Positions 26,850 through 35,846 of a DNA stretch of 35,846 nucleotides are shown here, piece by piece (position 1 is the first letter of the stretch; every line of letters starts with the position of its first letter). A program made the translations under genes and the position numbers. The stretch spans positions 1-35,846 of the forward strand of contig JAJFLN010000729.1 in NCBI GenBank assembly GCA_021772705.1. Reading direction: 5' to 3'. The notes under the pieces are model-generated. The model was not told where the DNA came from. It was given only the letters and a program-made list of their open reading frames with translations, and did not search any database. This stretch comes from Candidatus Cloacimonadota bacterium (GTDB lineage Bacteria; Muiribacteriota; UBA6191; JACPRK01).

Positions 26850-27110
26850 TCACACCTCGACTTCAGCCAGCCACTCGATCGTCTCCGGATGGTCTCTCGC
26901 CAGGAGGATGAGAACCGCTGCCTGCTTGTTGGGCCTTGCCCTTCCCTGCTCCCGCTTCTCCAGCGTCCTTTCGTTGATCCGCAGCTTCCGGGCGAAGACA
27001 CTACGCGAGAGGTTCAGAGAATGACGGATCTCCGCGATCAGGGACCCACCGACTTCCAGATCCGGCGGCTTCTCTATCTTGAACTTCCGCAGCGTGATCT
27101 TGCCTTCCCG
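26850..27110 (-). pseudogene. 5'-truncated XRE/HigA-like HTH antitoxin remnant
   Basis: Minus strand reads REGKITLRKFKIEKPP...IRHSLNLSRSVFARKLRINERTLEKREQGRARPNKQAAVLILL...EV*. There is no clear start, and the usual WEQG reads REQG. Confidence 0.7.
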
Positions 27111-27412
27111 GCAAGTGGTCCGGCCAAGAGCGTTACTTCCTGCTGAAACAGGTGTCTGTCATCTCGTGAAGGCCTGAGCCCCAGTGCCGTGTGGCCTGGT
27201 GGCCTCGCCGCCGACTTCGAGGTGCGCCGGTCGATGCTGCCCACAGGCGATATTGTGACGGGTGGGGACAACACCCTCCCATGTTTCCCTGCGTCGCTAT
27301 TCACAGAAGAGGCGCAGGGAGCCCGGTCTCCTCTCCCTGGACTCCCTGCCAACGGCTACACCCCTCGTCGCTCCCGTGATAGGCTGCATCACGCCCGACG
27401 GCGCCACCTCGC

Positions 27413-29503
27413 ATGGAACTGCTGCTCAAATATGGCCTCCTGCCTCTCGTCATGGCCTGCACCATCGGCCTCTCCCTGGCGGCCTATCTCAGTCTGGGGA
27501 AGAGACGGGTCCGGTGGCTCGCCATCCTCCGGATCGGCCTGGTCTGCGCCGTGGCGGTGCTGCTCTTCTTCCCTTCCCTGACCCGGGAGAGCCGGGAGGT
27601 CTACCGGCCCGCCTTGGCGGTCCTCCTCGACACCTCCGCCAGCATGACCCTGAAGGAGTCCAGCGACTCCAGCAGCCGCTATGACCGGGCCCGGGCCCGG
27701 CTTCAGGAGATTCGCCGCCAGTTCCAGGAGGACTTCGACATCAACCTGTACCTCTTCGCCCGGGAAGCCAGGCGCGTTCAGTCCGAGCCCGAAGAGGCCC
27801 TGGGCCGGGACACGGATCTATCCACCGCCGTGGCTCACGTGTTGAACCGGGAAGACCCGAAATCGCTGCGGGGAGTCTTCCTGATCAGCGATGGCCGGGT
27901 CTCCATCGGAGAGACCCCCCTGCCCTGGGCCAGGACATCGTCGGTTCCGATCCACGCCGTCGCCGTTGGCAGTTCCAGCTTCGACTACAAGGACCTGGGT
28001 GTAATGAAAGTCGACGCTCCGGATCACCTCTTCAAGGACAGCATCGGGAAGGCCCGTGTCCAGCTCAAGTCCCACGGAATCGACAAGGGAGTCGTCGTCC
28101 TGGAGCAGGCGGGTCGTCGCATCGATCAGAAGGCCTTCTCCAGTGACGATGCCCGGACACTCACCTTCGATCTTCGCCCTGGAGTGGAGGGGCTGACTGA
28201 ATACCGTGTCCATGTATTGCCTCAGGACGGGGAGCTGACGGAGTTGAACAACAGCTGGAAATTCCCGGTCCGGATCGAGAGCCAGCCCAGGAAGGTCCTG
28301 CTCCTGCCGGCCACGCCCGGGTGGGAGTACACCTTCCTGAAACGTCAGCTCAGGGCTGATCCGAGGTACGCCGTCACCGAGACCCGGCAGTTCAAAGCCG
28401 ACGAGGCGCTGCGGCTTCCCGGAGAGGGAATCGACGGATTCGGCCTGATCATCTTGAACGGGTTCCGAAAGTCAGCCTTCGATGATGCGAGCATCGCGGC
28501 GCTGCTGCGATACGTTCGTTCCGGAGACGGCGTCCTTGTCTTCACGGGTAACAGCCGTCTCGGCCTGGATGCTCTGTTCGGCTCCGAGCTGGCTTCCATC
28601 CTGCCCGTCGGGCCGCCGTCGGGGGCCGAGGAGGCTGCCTCACGGTTTCCCTTTCTGCCATCTGATAAGAGTCCCATCTTCAGGATACTCGAGCACGAAC
28701 AGGCGAACCGGCAGGCCTGGAGGGCATTGCCCCCGATCCTGGTTGCCCAGCCTGGTTTGACGCGGCTGCCGGCCACGTCGATCCTGGGGACCTTTCCCCG
28801 ATTTCCCCAGGACAGTCCGGGTCTGACCTACCGGCTCTTCGGGCGAGGAATGACGGTCCTGTTCAACACCGACGAGACCTATCTATGGAAGATGCTGATG
28901 GACGCCGCGAACGACCCGGACCATCTCTACGATCGGTTCTGGTCCAATCTGCTCTCCTGGCTCACCGACGAGTCCCGGTTGACGGGAGTGGGCCTGACCC
29001 TGTCCCGGATGCACTTCATGCTCGGCGATGAGGTCTACGTCCGGGTCGAGGACTACGCCGGCAGGCTCGGGCAGCTGTCCCGGGAGGAGCTGATCCTGGG
29101 CTACATCGGGCCCGACGGCGCCGACAGCAGACTGGCACCGGAGGCTGTCTCCGGTGGCTTCCTGGCCAGCTTCATCCCTCAGCGAGAAGGGCGCTACCGG
29201 ATCCGTCTCGACCTTCCCGGCGGCGGCACGGTGGACCGGGAGATCCAGGTCGATTCAGTGATGCGTGACTTCCAGGACCCTCTGGCTGACGCCGAGCTGA
29301 TGAAGGGGATGGCGGATCTCTCGGGAGGTCTCTTCCTGGCCGATGACACCGGGGGACTGGCGTCCCTGCGTATCGACTCCACCCCCCTGGTCAAACAGCG
29401 ATCCGAGAGCCTGTTCTGGCTCGATCGCGGCTGGGCCCTGGCCCTCTGCCTGCTGCTGCTCGTGACCGAGTGGCTCATGCGTAGGCGTTACAACCTGATG
29501 TGA
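27413..29503 (+). CDS. Membrane protein with vWA domain, Ig-like domain and GATase-like domain
   Basis: Two N-terminal TM helices, MIDAS LLDTSASM, TD, LISDG, ELTELNN, WEYTFLKR, C-terminal TM ending EWLMRRR. Confidence 0.8.
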   Translation: MELLLKYGLLPLVMACTIGLSLAAYLSLGKRRVRWLAILRIGLVCAVAVLLFFPSLTRESREVYRPALAVLLDTSASMTLKESSDSSSRYDRARARLQEIRRQFQEDFDINLYLFAREARRVQSEPEEALGRDTDLSTAVAHVLNREDPKSLRGVFLISDGRVSIGETPLPWARTSSVPIHAVAVGSSSFDYKDLGVMKVDAPDHLFKDSIGKARVQLKSHGIDKGVVVLEQAGRRIDQKAFSSDDARTLTFDLRPGVEGLTEYRVHVLPQDGELTELNNSWKFPVRIESQPRKVLLLPATPGWEYTFLKRQLRADPRYAVTETRQFKADEALRLPGEGIDGFGLIILNGFRKSAFDDASIAALLRYVRSGDGVLVFTGNSRLGLDALFGSELASILPVGPPSGAEEAASRFPFLPSDKSPIFRILEHEQANRQAWRALPPILVAQPGLTRLPATSILGTFPRFPQDSPGLTYRLFGRGMTVLFNTDETYLWKMLMDAANDPDHLYDRFWSNLLSWLTDESRLTGVGLTLSRMHFMLGDEVYVRVEDYAGRLGQLSREELILGYIGPDGADSRLAPEAVSGGFLASFIPQREGRYRIRLDLPGGGTVDREIQVDSVMRDFQDPLADAELMKGMADLSGGLFLADDTGGLASLRIDSTPLVKQRSESLFWLDRGWALALCLLLLVTEWLMRRRYNLM

Positions 29504-29508
29504 TTCCC

Positions 29509-29997
29509 ATGAAGACTGGAAAGACCGTTCGAGAGTCCATGAACGAGACGACTCAGCAAGTACTGCCGGGAGACACGAACCCCATGGGGACGGCCTTTGG
29601 TGGACAGATCGTGGCCTGGGTCGATCTGGCGGGAGCCGTACCGGCCATGCGCCACTCCCGGTCGACGGTGGTGACGGCCAGCATCGATGAGATGCACTTC
29701 ATCTCCACCATCCGGCTGGGGGACATCGTGGTCCTGAAGGCGGCGGTGAACATGACGGGACGGACTTCGATGGAAGTGGGGGTCCGCATCGAGGCCGAGA
29801 ACCCCCGTTCGGGCAAGAGGAGCCACGCCAGCACGGCCTACGTCACCTTCGTCGCCGTCGACGAGAACGGCCGGCCAACGGAGATCCCGTTCATCATTCC
29901 CGAGTCGGAAGTGGAGAAGCGCCGTCACGCCGAGGCGAAGGAGCGGCGGGCGAAGCGGCTGGCAGCCAGGAAACGACTGGCAGCCAAGGACGGTTGA
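29509..29997 (+). CDS. Acyl-CoA thioesterase (hotdog fold, YciA-like)
   Basis: VLPGDTNPMGTAFGG, VVTAS, GRTSMEVGV, TFVAVDENGRP. Confidence 0.92.
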   Translation: MKTGKTVRESMNETTQQVLPGDTNPMGTAFGGQIVAWVDLAGAVPAMRHSRSTVVTASIDEMHFISTIRLGDIVVLKAAVNMTGRTSMEVGVRIEAENPRSGKRSHASTAYVTFVAVDENGRPTEIPFIIPESEVEKRRHAEAKERRAKRLAARKRLAAKDG

Positions 29998-30064
29998 TCT
30001 GAGAGACGATCGGGCAACGCCGGTCTGGAGGCAGGCCGCCCCTCTGCTGGGGTGGCTGCTGCTC

Positions 30065-31597
30065 TTGGCCTTGCTGCTGCTCTATCTAGGCTACTCGGCG
30101 GAGAAGCTGGATCGGTTCGTGCCCGGTGAGGAGTCCCTTGCCGGCAACCTGGGCAAGCTGTTGCTTCCCTATACGGGCCGCTACGACGGGACCCTGAAGT
30201 CCGTGAACCGGCAGGACATCCTGATCTTGCAGGTGACCCTCTTCTTCCTTCCCGCGAGTCTCTGCTGGTTGCTGGCCCTCCGGGAAGTCTTCAGATGTTC
30301 CCTACCCAGATCTCAGGTCATGGCCATCGTCTTCGGTGGCGCCGCCCTGCTCAGATTGCTGCTCGTACCGTCCATGCCGGCGCTGGAGACGGATCATCAT
30401 CGATACCTCTGGGATGGCATGGTGACGGCTGAAGGAATGAACCCCTTCGAGTTCGCCCCCGTGGAGATCTCGAATCACGTCAACGGGAAGAACAGGCACC
30501 TCTACTCCCGTGCCGAGCTGGCCCGGCTGGACAAGCTCTCGGCCTGGTCCGTCACCCCGGCCATGGCGGATCACTTCAAAAGGATCAACCATCCTCGGGT
30601 ACCGACGGTCTATCCCCCCACGGCCCAGGCCCTGTTCGCTGCCGCCCACAGCATCAAGGCCGGGAGTGCGACGGCCCTGAAGGGTCTGATCGCCCTGGTG
30701 GATCTGGCCGTTGTCCTGGTCCTGGCCAGCTTGCTTCTGCGTCTCGGAAGGGACCCCCGATGGTCCCTGGCCTATGGCTGGTGCCCCCTGATTCTGAAGG
30801 AGCACGCTGGAACGGGGCACTACGATTCCCTGGCCGTGCTCTTCACCCTGGTGGCGCTTCATTCCCTCTTCGGGGGGCGACGCCTGATGCCCGCCTTGTC
30901 TCTGGCCGTAGCGGGCCTGAGCAAGATCTATCCCCTGATGCTGGTGCCGCTACTCTTCCGGCGTCTCCGCATCACCGGTGTCCTGCTGGTCCTGGCCACC
31001 TTCGTCGCCGGATATCTCCCTTTCATCTCCATCGGGTTTGGAGTCACCGATGGACTCGCCGAGTTCAGCAAGAGCTGGGAGTTCAACAGCTCGGCCTTTG
31101 CCTTCATGCAGGATCAGGTGGAGCGGCGTATCTCCTTCGACGATCCGATCCGGGTGGCCCTGGCCGTCAGCCGTTCATCCAACCCCGAGGGCGCCGCCTA
31201 CAGCGAGCAGCTCCTGGATTCCTTCTTCTGCACCAAGGTGATCGCCGGTCTGCTCCTGCTGACCCTGCTGGTCTATCTCTGCTGGACCCCCGCCCGGGAC
31301 GACCTGGACCTGGCCGGCCGTTGCAGTGTGGCCATCACAGCCCTGCTGCTGCTCTCTCCAGTCAGCAATCCCTGGTACTTCTCCTGGGTTGCCCCCTTCT
31401 TTTGCATCTTTCCCGCCGCCTCCGCCGCCTGGCTCGCTTGGAGCATGAGCCTCTACTATCTCTACTTCCTGAAGTGGGACTACCTCCCCTGGGCCCGCCC
31501 ACTGGAGTACCTACCCTTCTACCTGTTGCTGGCCCTGGAGCGAATCCGTGCCGCGTTCCTCTCGCGGCAGTCGAAAACCCTTAGAAGCGAGGTCTGA
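30065..31597 (+). CDS. GT-C membrane glycosyltransferase (GT87/DUF2029-like)
   Basis: TDHHRYLWDG, NP(F), TVYPP, WCPL..E..G.GHYD, KIYP, WEFN, PWY, many TM helices. The frame is open further upstream, so the true start may be earlier. Confidence 0.8.
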   Translation: MALLLLYLGYSAEKLDRFVPGEESLAGNLGKLLLPYTGRYDGTLKSVNRQDILILQVTLFFLPASLCWLLALREVFRCSLPRSQVMAIVFGGAALLRLLLVPSMPALETDHHRYLWDGMVTAEGMNPFEFAPVEISNHVNGKNRHLYSRAELARLDKLSAWSVTPAMADHFKRINHPRVPTVYPPTAQALFAAAHSIKAGSATALKGLIALVDLAVVLVLASLLLRLGRDPRWSLAYGWCPLILKEHAGTGHYDSLAVLFTLVALHSLFGGRRLMPALSLAVAGLSKIYPLMLVPLLFRRLRITGVLLVLATFVAGYLPFISIGFGVTDGLAEFSKSWEFNSSAFAFMQDQVERRISFDDPIRVALAVSRSSNPEGAAYSEQLLDSFFCTKVIAGLLLLTLLVYLCWTPARDDLDLAGRCSVAITALLLLSPVSNPWYFSWVAPFFCIFPAASAAWLAWSMSLYYLYFLKWDYLPWARPLEYLPFYLLLALERIRAAFLSRQSKTLRSEV

Positions 31598-31605
31598 GGG
31601 TCTGA

Positions 31606-31694
31606 TCACGGAGGGCACGGAGACAATAGAGGCATAGAGAAAGCTGATGAACCAAAAACCTCTGCGTCTCTGTGTCTCCGCGCCCTCTGTGTTG
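31606..31694. repeat. Inverted repeat of CAC(A/G)GAG-type units
   Basis: TCACGGAGGGCACGGAGAC...AGAGG / CCTCTGCGTCTCTGTGTCTCCGCGCCCTCTGTG; same family as 8312-8390. Confidence 0.7.
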
Positions 31695-32030
31695 ATCCCT
31701 CGAGGACCATCCTCCCATCCTCGATCTGACTTCTCCTGGAGCCGCCTCCTCCCACCGTCGACCTTGACCCCTTGGACCTGATCGTCGTCAATCTGATAGC
31801 ATGGATCGTCTTGGATCATCGCTTCCGAGACCGTCCCTCATGACTCATTGCCGACGTCCTCCCCGTGCCGCCGCCCGAGTTCATCGGGCCAGGCTCCGAG
31901 ATCGACTGGCTCCTATCTCGTCTGAAGGCCTGGGTCCATCCAGCTGCGCGGCAAGGGGAACCAGATTTGACGGCGGGGACTTCAAAGGACTGAACATACC
32001 TGAACGGGTCGTTGGGTGATTCGAGGAAAG

Positions 32031-35000
32031 ATGAGTGACGAGAAGAGAGCGGAGGAAGGCGTCGAGGCAGGGACCGGCCAGGCGAAGGACGAGTTCCTTC
32101 CGGAGGAGCCGGGTCATCTCGATCTGATCCCCTTCACGGGCCGGGATGGAGAGATCGACCGGATCGTCGGAGCCCTGGAGGCGGTCCGCGTCGTCGTCGT
32201 CGCCGGCCTTCCGGGAATCGGCAAGACCGCGTTGCTGGCCCGAGCCGCGCTCCGGGCCGTCGAGGCGCGGCACTTCCGGTTCCTCAGCGCCGAGCTGACC
32301 GACAGGAACGACCTCTTCGAGCAGATCGACATCGGTCTCCGGCACCACGGAGACGATGGCTTCACGCCCTACCTCTCCCAGGATGGCTATGGCTTCGAGG
32401 AGCGGCTCCAGACTCTGCTGGCCCTGATGCAGAAGCAGAAGTACCTCCTGGTGCTGGACGACGTGCACGCCCTCGGTGTGAGCCGAGCGGAGTACCTGGT
32501 CAGCAACCTGGCGGCTCACCTGGGGGACTCCCGGTCTCTCATTGCTTCCCGTATCAGGATGGGCAGGGATCCGGGAGACCGGTTCCAGATGACTCTGGGG
32601 GGGCTCGAAGAGGAGGCTGCCCTGAACCTGCTGAGGAACCTGCTGCCGGGAAAGCGGATCGAGGGCGCCGCGGAGCATGACCTTCGTGACCTGGCCCGTC
32701 GCCTGGGCGGTCATCCCCTGTCCCTGCGTCTCGCTGCCGGAATGCTGCGGTCAGGAGAGGTCAAGCCCAGGGACCTTCAGATGAGAGGGGGCGAGGAGCT
32801 GCGGTCATCCCTGGAGCCCCAGATCCTCGAGAAGGTCCACGACAGCCTGGCCGTCACGGCCCGCCGGTTGCTCTCGATACTCTCTCTCTTCCGGGGACCG
32901 GCGGGGCGGGAGGCTGTCGAGTCTCTGGGAGGCTCCGGCGTGCTCGCTCCGGCGGAGGTGCTGAAGGACAGCTTCATCATCGAGGAAGACGCCGCCGGCA
33001 AGTGGAGTCTCCACCCCACCATGCGGGAGTATGCCCGCAGCCGTCTCGCCGACGACGAGCGGCACCGGCTCCTGATGCAGCTCAGCCAGTGGCACGACGG
33101 GCAGGGGCGTCGCGAGTCCGCTCCCGACGTGCTCCATCTGGTGGAGGCCTATCACTATGCGGCGGAGGCCGGGGAGGACGGCACAGCCTACGGTCTGCTG
33201 CTGGAGGTCATGAAACCTCTACTTCTGGGAGGGCGCTCCTGGGAGCTGGAGCCCATGCTCGATCGGGCGCTGGCCAACATCTACGAACCTGACGTGTCCC
33301 TGGTGCTGACCAAGGCACGGCTGCTTCGGAACCAGGGACGTTCCGGCGAGTCCCGGAAGCTGCTGGAGGAGTTTTCGGATCGGGAAGACCCGGCTGACCG
33401 CTGCGCCATTCTGGGAGAGCGAGGCCTGCTCGATCAGGATGAAGGCCGGTTTTCCCGTGCCTCCAAGCTGTACTACCAGGCCCTGGAGATCTCCAGGGAG
33501 CTGGCAGACGAGGGTTCCCAGGCCCTGCTGCTGTCACGGATTGCCACGGTGTGCAAGGAGCAGGGGGACTACGATCGGGCCATCCTGCTCTACGGTCAGG
33601 CGGCGGAGTTGCAGCGTGCCATGGGCCATCAGGACGGCGTGGCGTTCACGCAGCACAACATCGGCAAGATTCACTACTACCGCGGGGACCATGACGCGGC
33701 GATCCAGTCTCACGAGAGGGCCCTGGAGCTCTGGAACCAGTGTGGGGACAAGCTGTCATCCCTGTTGGCCCGCAACGGCATCGCCAATGTCCTCCGGGAC
33801 CGGGGCCGGGTCGCGGAGGCCGAAGAGCTTTACAGGAAGAACCTGCAGGACTACCGGCAGCTGTCCAATCCCTTCGGGGAGGGCTACACCCTGATGAACC
33901 TGGGTCATCTGGAGATGATCGCCGGACGTTACACCGATGCCTTTCACCTCCTGGATCAGTCGCTCCACCTGGCCCGGGCCATCGGCAACCGGCTCGGGGA
34001 GGCCATGGCCCTGGACCGGCTGGGAGATCTGCGCCGCTCCACCGGGCGATACAGGGAAGCCCGGGAGCTCTACTCGAAGAGCCTGAAGATCAAGAGGGAC
34101 TCCCACAACAACTACGGAATCGCCGTGACCCTGAACGCCCTGGGGGACCTGGAGCGCGAGCGGGGGGAGTACACCAAAGCCCAGGACCACTATGACGAGG
34201 CGATGAAGCTGGGCAAGCGACTTCGGGACCGGGAGGGAGTGGCCCGTTCCCTGGAGGGGAAGGCTGTGATCCTGAGCGATCGGGGTTCCTTCGAGGCCGC
34301 CGAAGCCCAGTTCGACGAGGCCCTGCGCCTGAGGCGGGAGATGGATCAGACCCATGGGATCGGCCGCTCCCTGATGCACCTGGGCCGTCTCGCCGGTCAG
34401 GCTGGTGACGTGGACCGGGCCTTTGACCTCTGCCAGGAGGGGATGGAGCTCTTCAGGCGGACAGCGAACCGGCAGGAGATTCAGCGAACCCTGGGCTGTC
34501 TGTCCCAGCTTCACACCAACCTGGAGGCCTACGATCGGGCGGCCGACCTGGCTCGGGAGAGCCTCGATCTGGCTCGCTCCACGGAGGACAGGAAGGGGGA
34601 GGCAGTCGCCCTGACGCAGCTCGGCAGGATCGCCCTGTACCAGGGTGACCGGCAGGAGGCCCGGAGATGGCTGGGCGAAGCCCTGGCTCTCCGGGAAGTC
34701 CTGGAGGATGATCGGGGTCTTGCGGCGACACTGGAACCTCTGGCCATGCTCTTCCTCGAAGAAGGAGACTACACCGAAGCCGAAGCAATACTGAACCGCT
34801 CCATTGGAGTGTCCGAATCCGGTGGGTATCCCAAGATGGCCCTCCTGAGCCAGGCGCATCTGGCGCTGTTGGAGCTCAGGACCGAGAAGCTCGATGACGC
34901 AACGCGGCGAATCCGGAATCTCATGAAGGAGGCTCGCAAGCTCGGCTTCTCGGAGGGCATCGCCTACCTGCAGCGGCTTCAGGGGTTCCTGGCCTATCGC

Positions 35001-35684
35001 AAGAACCAGCCCGAGGAGGCGGCCCAGCTCCTGCGAAAATCCCGGGACCTGTACCGGAAACTCTCCATCGGCAGGGAGCAGAGCCGGGTGGAGCAGGAGT
35101 TGACCGAGATCGGCAAGGAGCGGCTCCTGAGGCGCCTCGAGAGGCGCACTAGCATGCTCGAGAACTCGCGTCGGATCGAGGACGAACTGATGCGCCAGGA
35201 GGGCCAGGAGTTGACCGCCATGGCCGTGGACCTCGAGGACAGCCGAGGCCAGCTGCCGCCGGACATCAAGGTGGACCGGCGAGCGGTCTACCGGGATGTC
35301 AACTCCCCTCTGGCCAGGACCATCGATGCCCATGGAGGCACGACGCTGAGAGTCTCCTCCGGGGCCTTGTTGGCCACCTTCCCTTCGGCAGATCGCGCCG
35401 TCGACGCCTCCCGAAAGATCCTGACCGATCTGGGGACTCAGAAGAAAGCCCTCCGGATCGGCCTGGACACGGGCAAGCTCCTGTCAGTGGGCCAGGAGAT
35501 CTTCGGCGAGGCCCTGGAGCTGGCCGCCCGTTTCCAAGGCCTCGCCAGGCCCGGCGACCTGGTGCTCAGCGAGGCGACTCACCAGTGTCTCGCCGACGCC
35601 CCCGCCGGGGTGTCGGAGATAGAACCGCAGCGCGTCAGAGGCCGAGCCGAGCCGGTTCGACTGTATAGGCTGACGGTGCGGTAA
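32031..35684 (+). CDS. STAND (NB-ARC-like) NTPase with long TPR array and C-terminal degenerate class III nucleotide cyclase domain
   Basis: FTGRDGE, Walker A GLPGIGKT, Walker B LLVLDD, GGHPLSL, LHPTMREY, many TPRs, then cyclase-like AVDLEDS...LRIGLDTG...FGEALELAARFQ...VLSEAT...VRG. Confidence 0.88.
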   Translation: MSDEKRAEEGVEAGTGQAKDEFLPEEPGHLDLIPFTGRDGEIDRIVGALEAVRVVVVAGLPGIGKTALLARAALRAVEARHFRFLSAELTDRNDLFEQIDIGLRHHGDDGFTPYLSQDGYGFEERLQTLLALMQKQKYLLVLDDVHALGVSRAEYLVSNLAAHLGDSRSLIASRIRMGRDPGDRFQMTLGGLEEEAALNLLRNLLPGKRIEGAAEHDLRDLARRLGGHPLSLRLAAGMLRSGEVKPRDLQMRGGEELRSSLEPQILEKVHDSLAVTARRLLSILSLFRGPAGREAVESLGGSGVLAPAEVLKDSFIIEEDAAGKWSLHPTMREYARSRLADDERHRLLMQLSQWHDGQGRRESAPDVLHLVEAYHYAAEAGEDGTAYGLLLEVMKPLLLGGRSWELEPMLDRALANIYEPDVSLVLTKARLLRNQGRSGESRKLLEEFSDREDPADRCAILGERGLLDQDEGRFSRASKLYYQALEISRELADEGSQALLLSRIATVCKEQGDYDRAILLYGQAAELQRAMGHQDGVAFTQHNIGKIHYYRGDHDAAIQSHERALELWNQCGDKLSSLLARNGIANVLRDRGRVAEAEELYRKNLQDYRQLSNPFGEGYTLMNLGHLEMIAGRYTDAFHLLDQSLHLARAIGNRLGEAMALDRLGDLRRSTGRYREARELYSKSLKIKRDSHNNYGIAVTLNALGDLERERGEYTKAQDHYDEAMKLGKRLRDREGVARSLEGKAVILSDRGSFEAAEAQFDEALRLRREMDQTHGIGRSLMHLGRLAGQAGDVDRAFDLCQEGMELFRRTANRQEIQRTLGCLSQLHTNLEAYDRAADLARESLDLARSTEDRKGEAVALTQLGRIALYQGDRQEARRWLGEALALREVLEDDRGLAATLEPLAMLFLEEGDYTEAEAILNRSIGVSESGGYPKMALLSQAHLALLELRTEKLDDATRRIRNLMKEARKLGFSEGIAYLQRLQGFLAYRKNQPEEAAQLLRKSRDLYRKLSIGREQSRVEQELTEIGKERLLRRLERRTSMLENSRRIEDELMRQEGQELTAMAVDLEDSRGQLPPDIKVDRRAVYRDVNSPLARTIDAHGGTTLRVSSGALLATFPSADRAVDASRKILTDLGTQKKALRIGLDTGKLLSVGQEIFGEALELAARFQGLARPGDLVLSEATHQCLADAPAGVSEIEPQRVRGRAEPVRLYRLTVR

Positions 35685-35734
35685 CGACGGAGCGTCGGGC
35701 TTCGGGCGAAAAAGCAAACCAGTGAGATACTGCG

Positions 35735-35846
35735 GGGTGCATGTCCCGTAGGGGGTCCCCTGGCCTATTCCGGATCCGTTCGCCCCACTATGGATGCCCG
35801 CATCCAGGACGACTGAATGGCCGAGTTTTCCCGATCCGTTCGTCCT
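35735..35846. repeat. Composite REP-like element running off the window end
   Basis: 35735-35786 is the reverse complement of 90-141, and 35780-35846 is close to the reverse complement of 8442-8508. Confidence 0.88.

Noticed and set aside
27189-27310. Fragment FEVRRSMLPTGDIV resembling an ERCC4-type nuclease start
   Set aside because: The match is too short and no downstream ERK motif is present.
33756-35333. 525-aa minus-strand ORF
   Set aside because: Antisense shadow of the TPR array.
90-35786. Single transposon bounded by 52-bp terminal inverted repeats
   Set aside because: No transposase or integrase lies inside, the cargo includes housekeeping-type genes, and the repeat is embedded in a dispersed REP-like family.

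Overview
GC-rich bacterial window with five blocks. (1) 1-4.9 kb is a decayed defence-island patch: a BrxL (BREX Lon-like) fragment fused in frame to a PHP + SMC/ABC-type ATPase (Ppl/TrlF-like), a truncated AlbA_2/Schlafen gene and a broken B12-radical SAM gene. (2) 4.9-10.2 kb (minus strand) holds two TPM-domain genes, a polytopic membrane protein and a carrier protein + flavin-dependent halogenase pair. (3) 10.6-19.4 kb (plus strand) is an exported c-type cytochrome cluster with about 12 heme motifs: a di-heme cytochrome c, two paralogous YVTN beta-propeller/CcP-MauG-like cytochromes, an FGE-sulfatase-fold protein and a membrane-anchored pentaheme cytochrome. This is my best candidate for an uncharacterised system. 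(4) 19.4-26.2 kb has a DAHP synthase and a porin-pstSCAB-like operon divergent from an ArsR/SmtB repressor with a recognisable operator. (5) 26.2-35.8 kb has a hypothetical gene, an HTH antitoxin remnant, a vWA membrane protein, an acyl-CoA thioesterase, a GT-C glycosyltransferase and a STAND NTPase-TPR protein ending in a degenerate class III nucleotide cyclase domain. Several families of short palindromic (REP-like) repeats occur between genes, including an exact 52-bp inverted copy near both window ends. I saw no rRNA, tRNA or CRISPR array. All family calls come from motif recognition by eye, not database searches.
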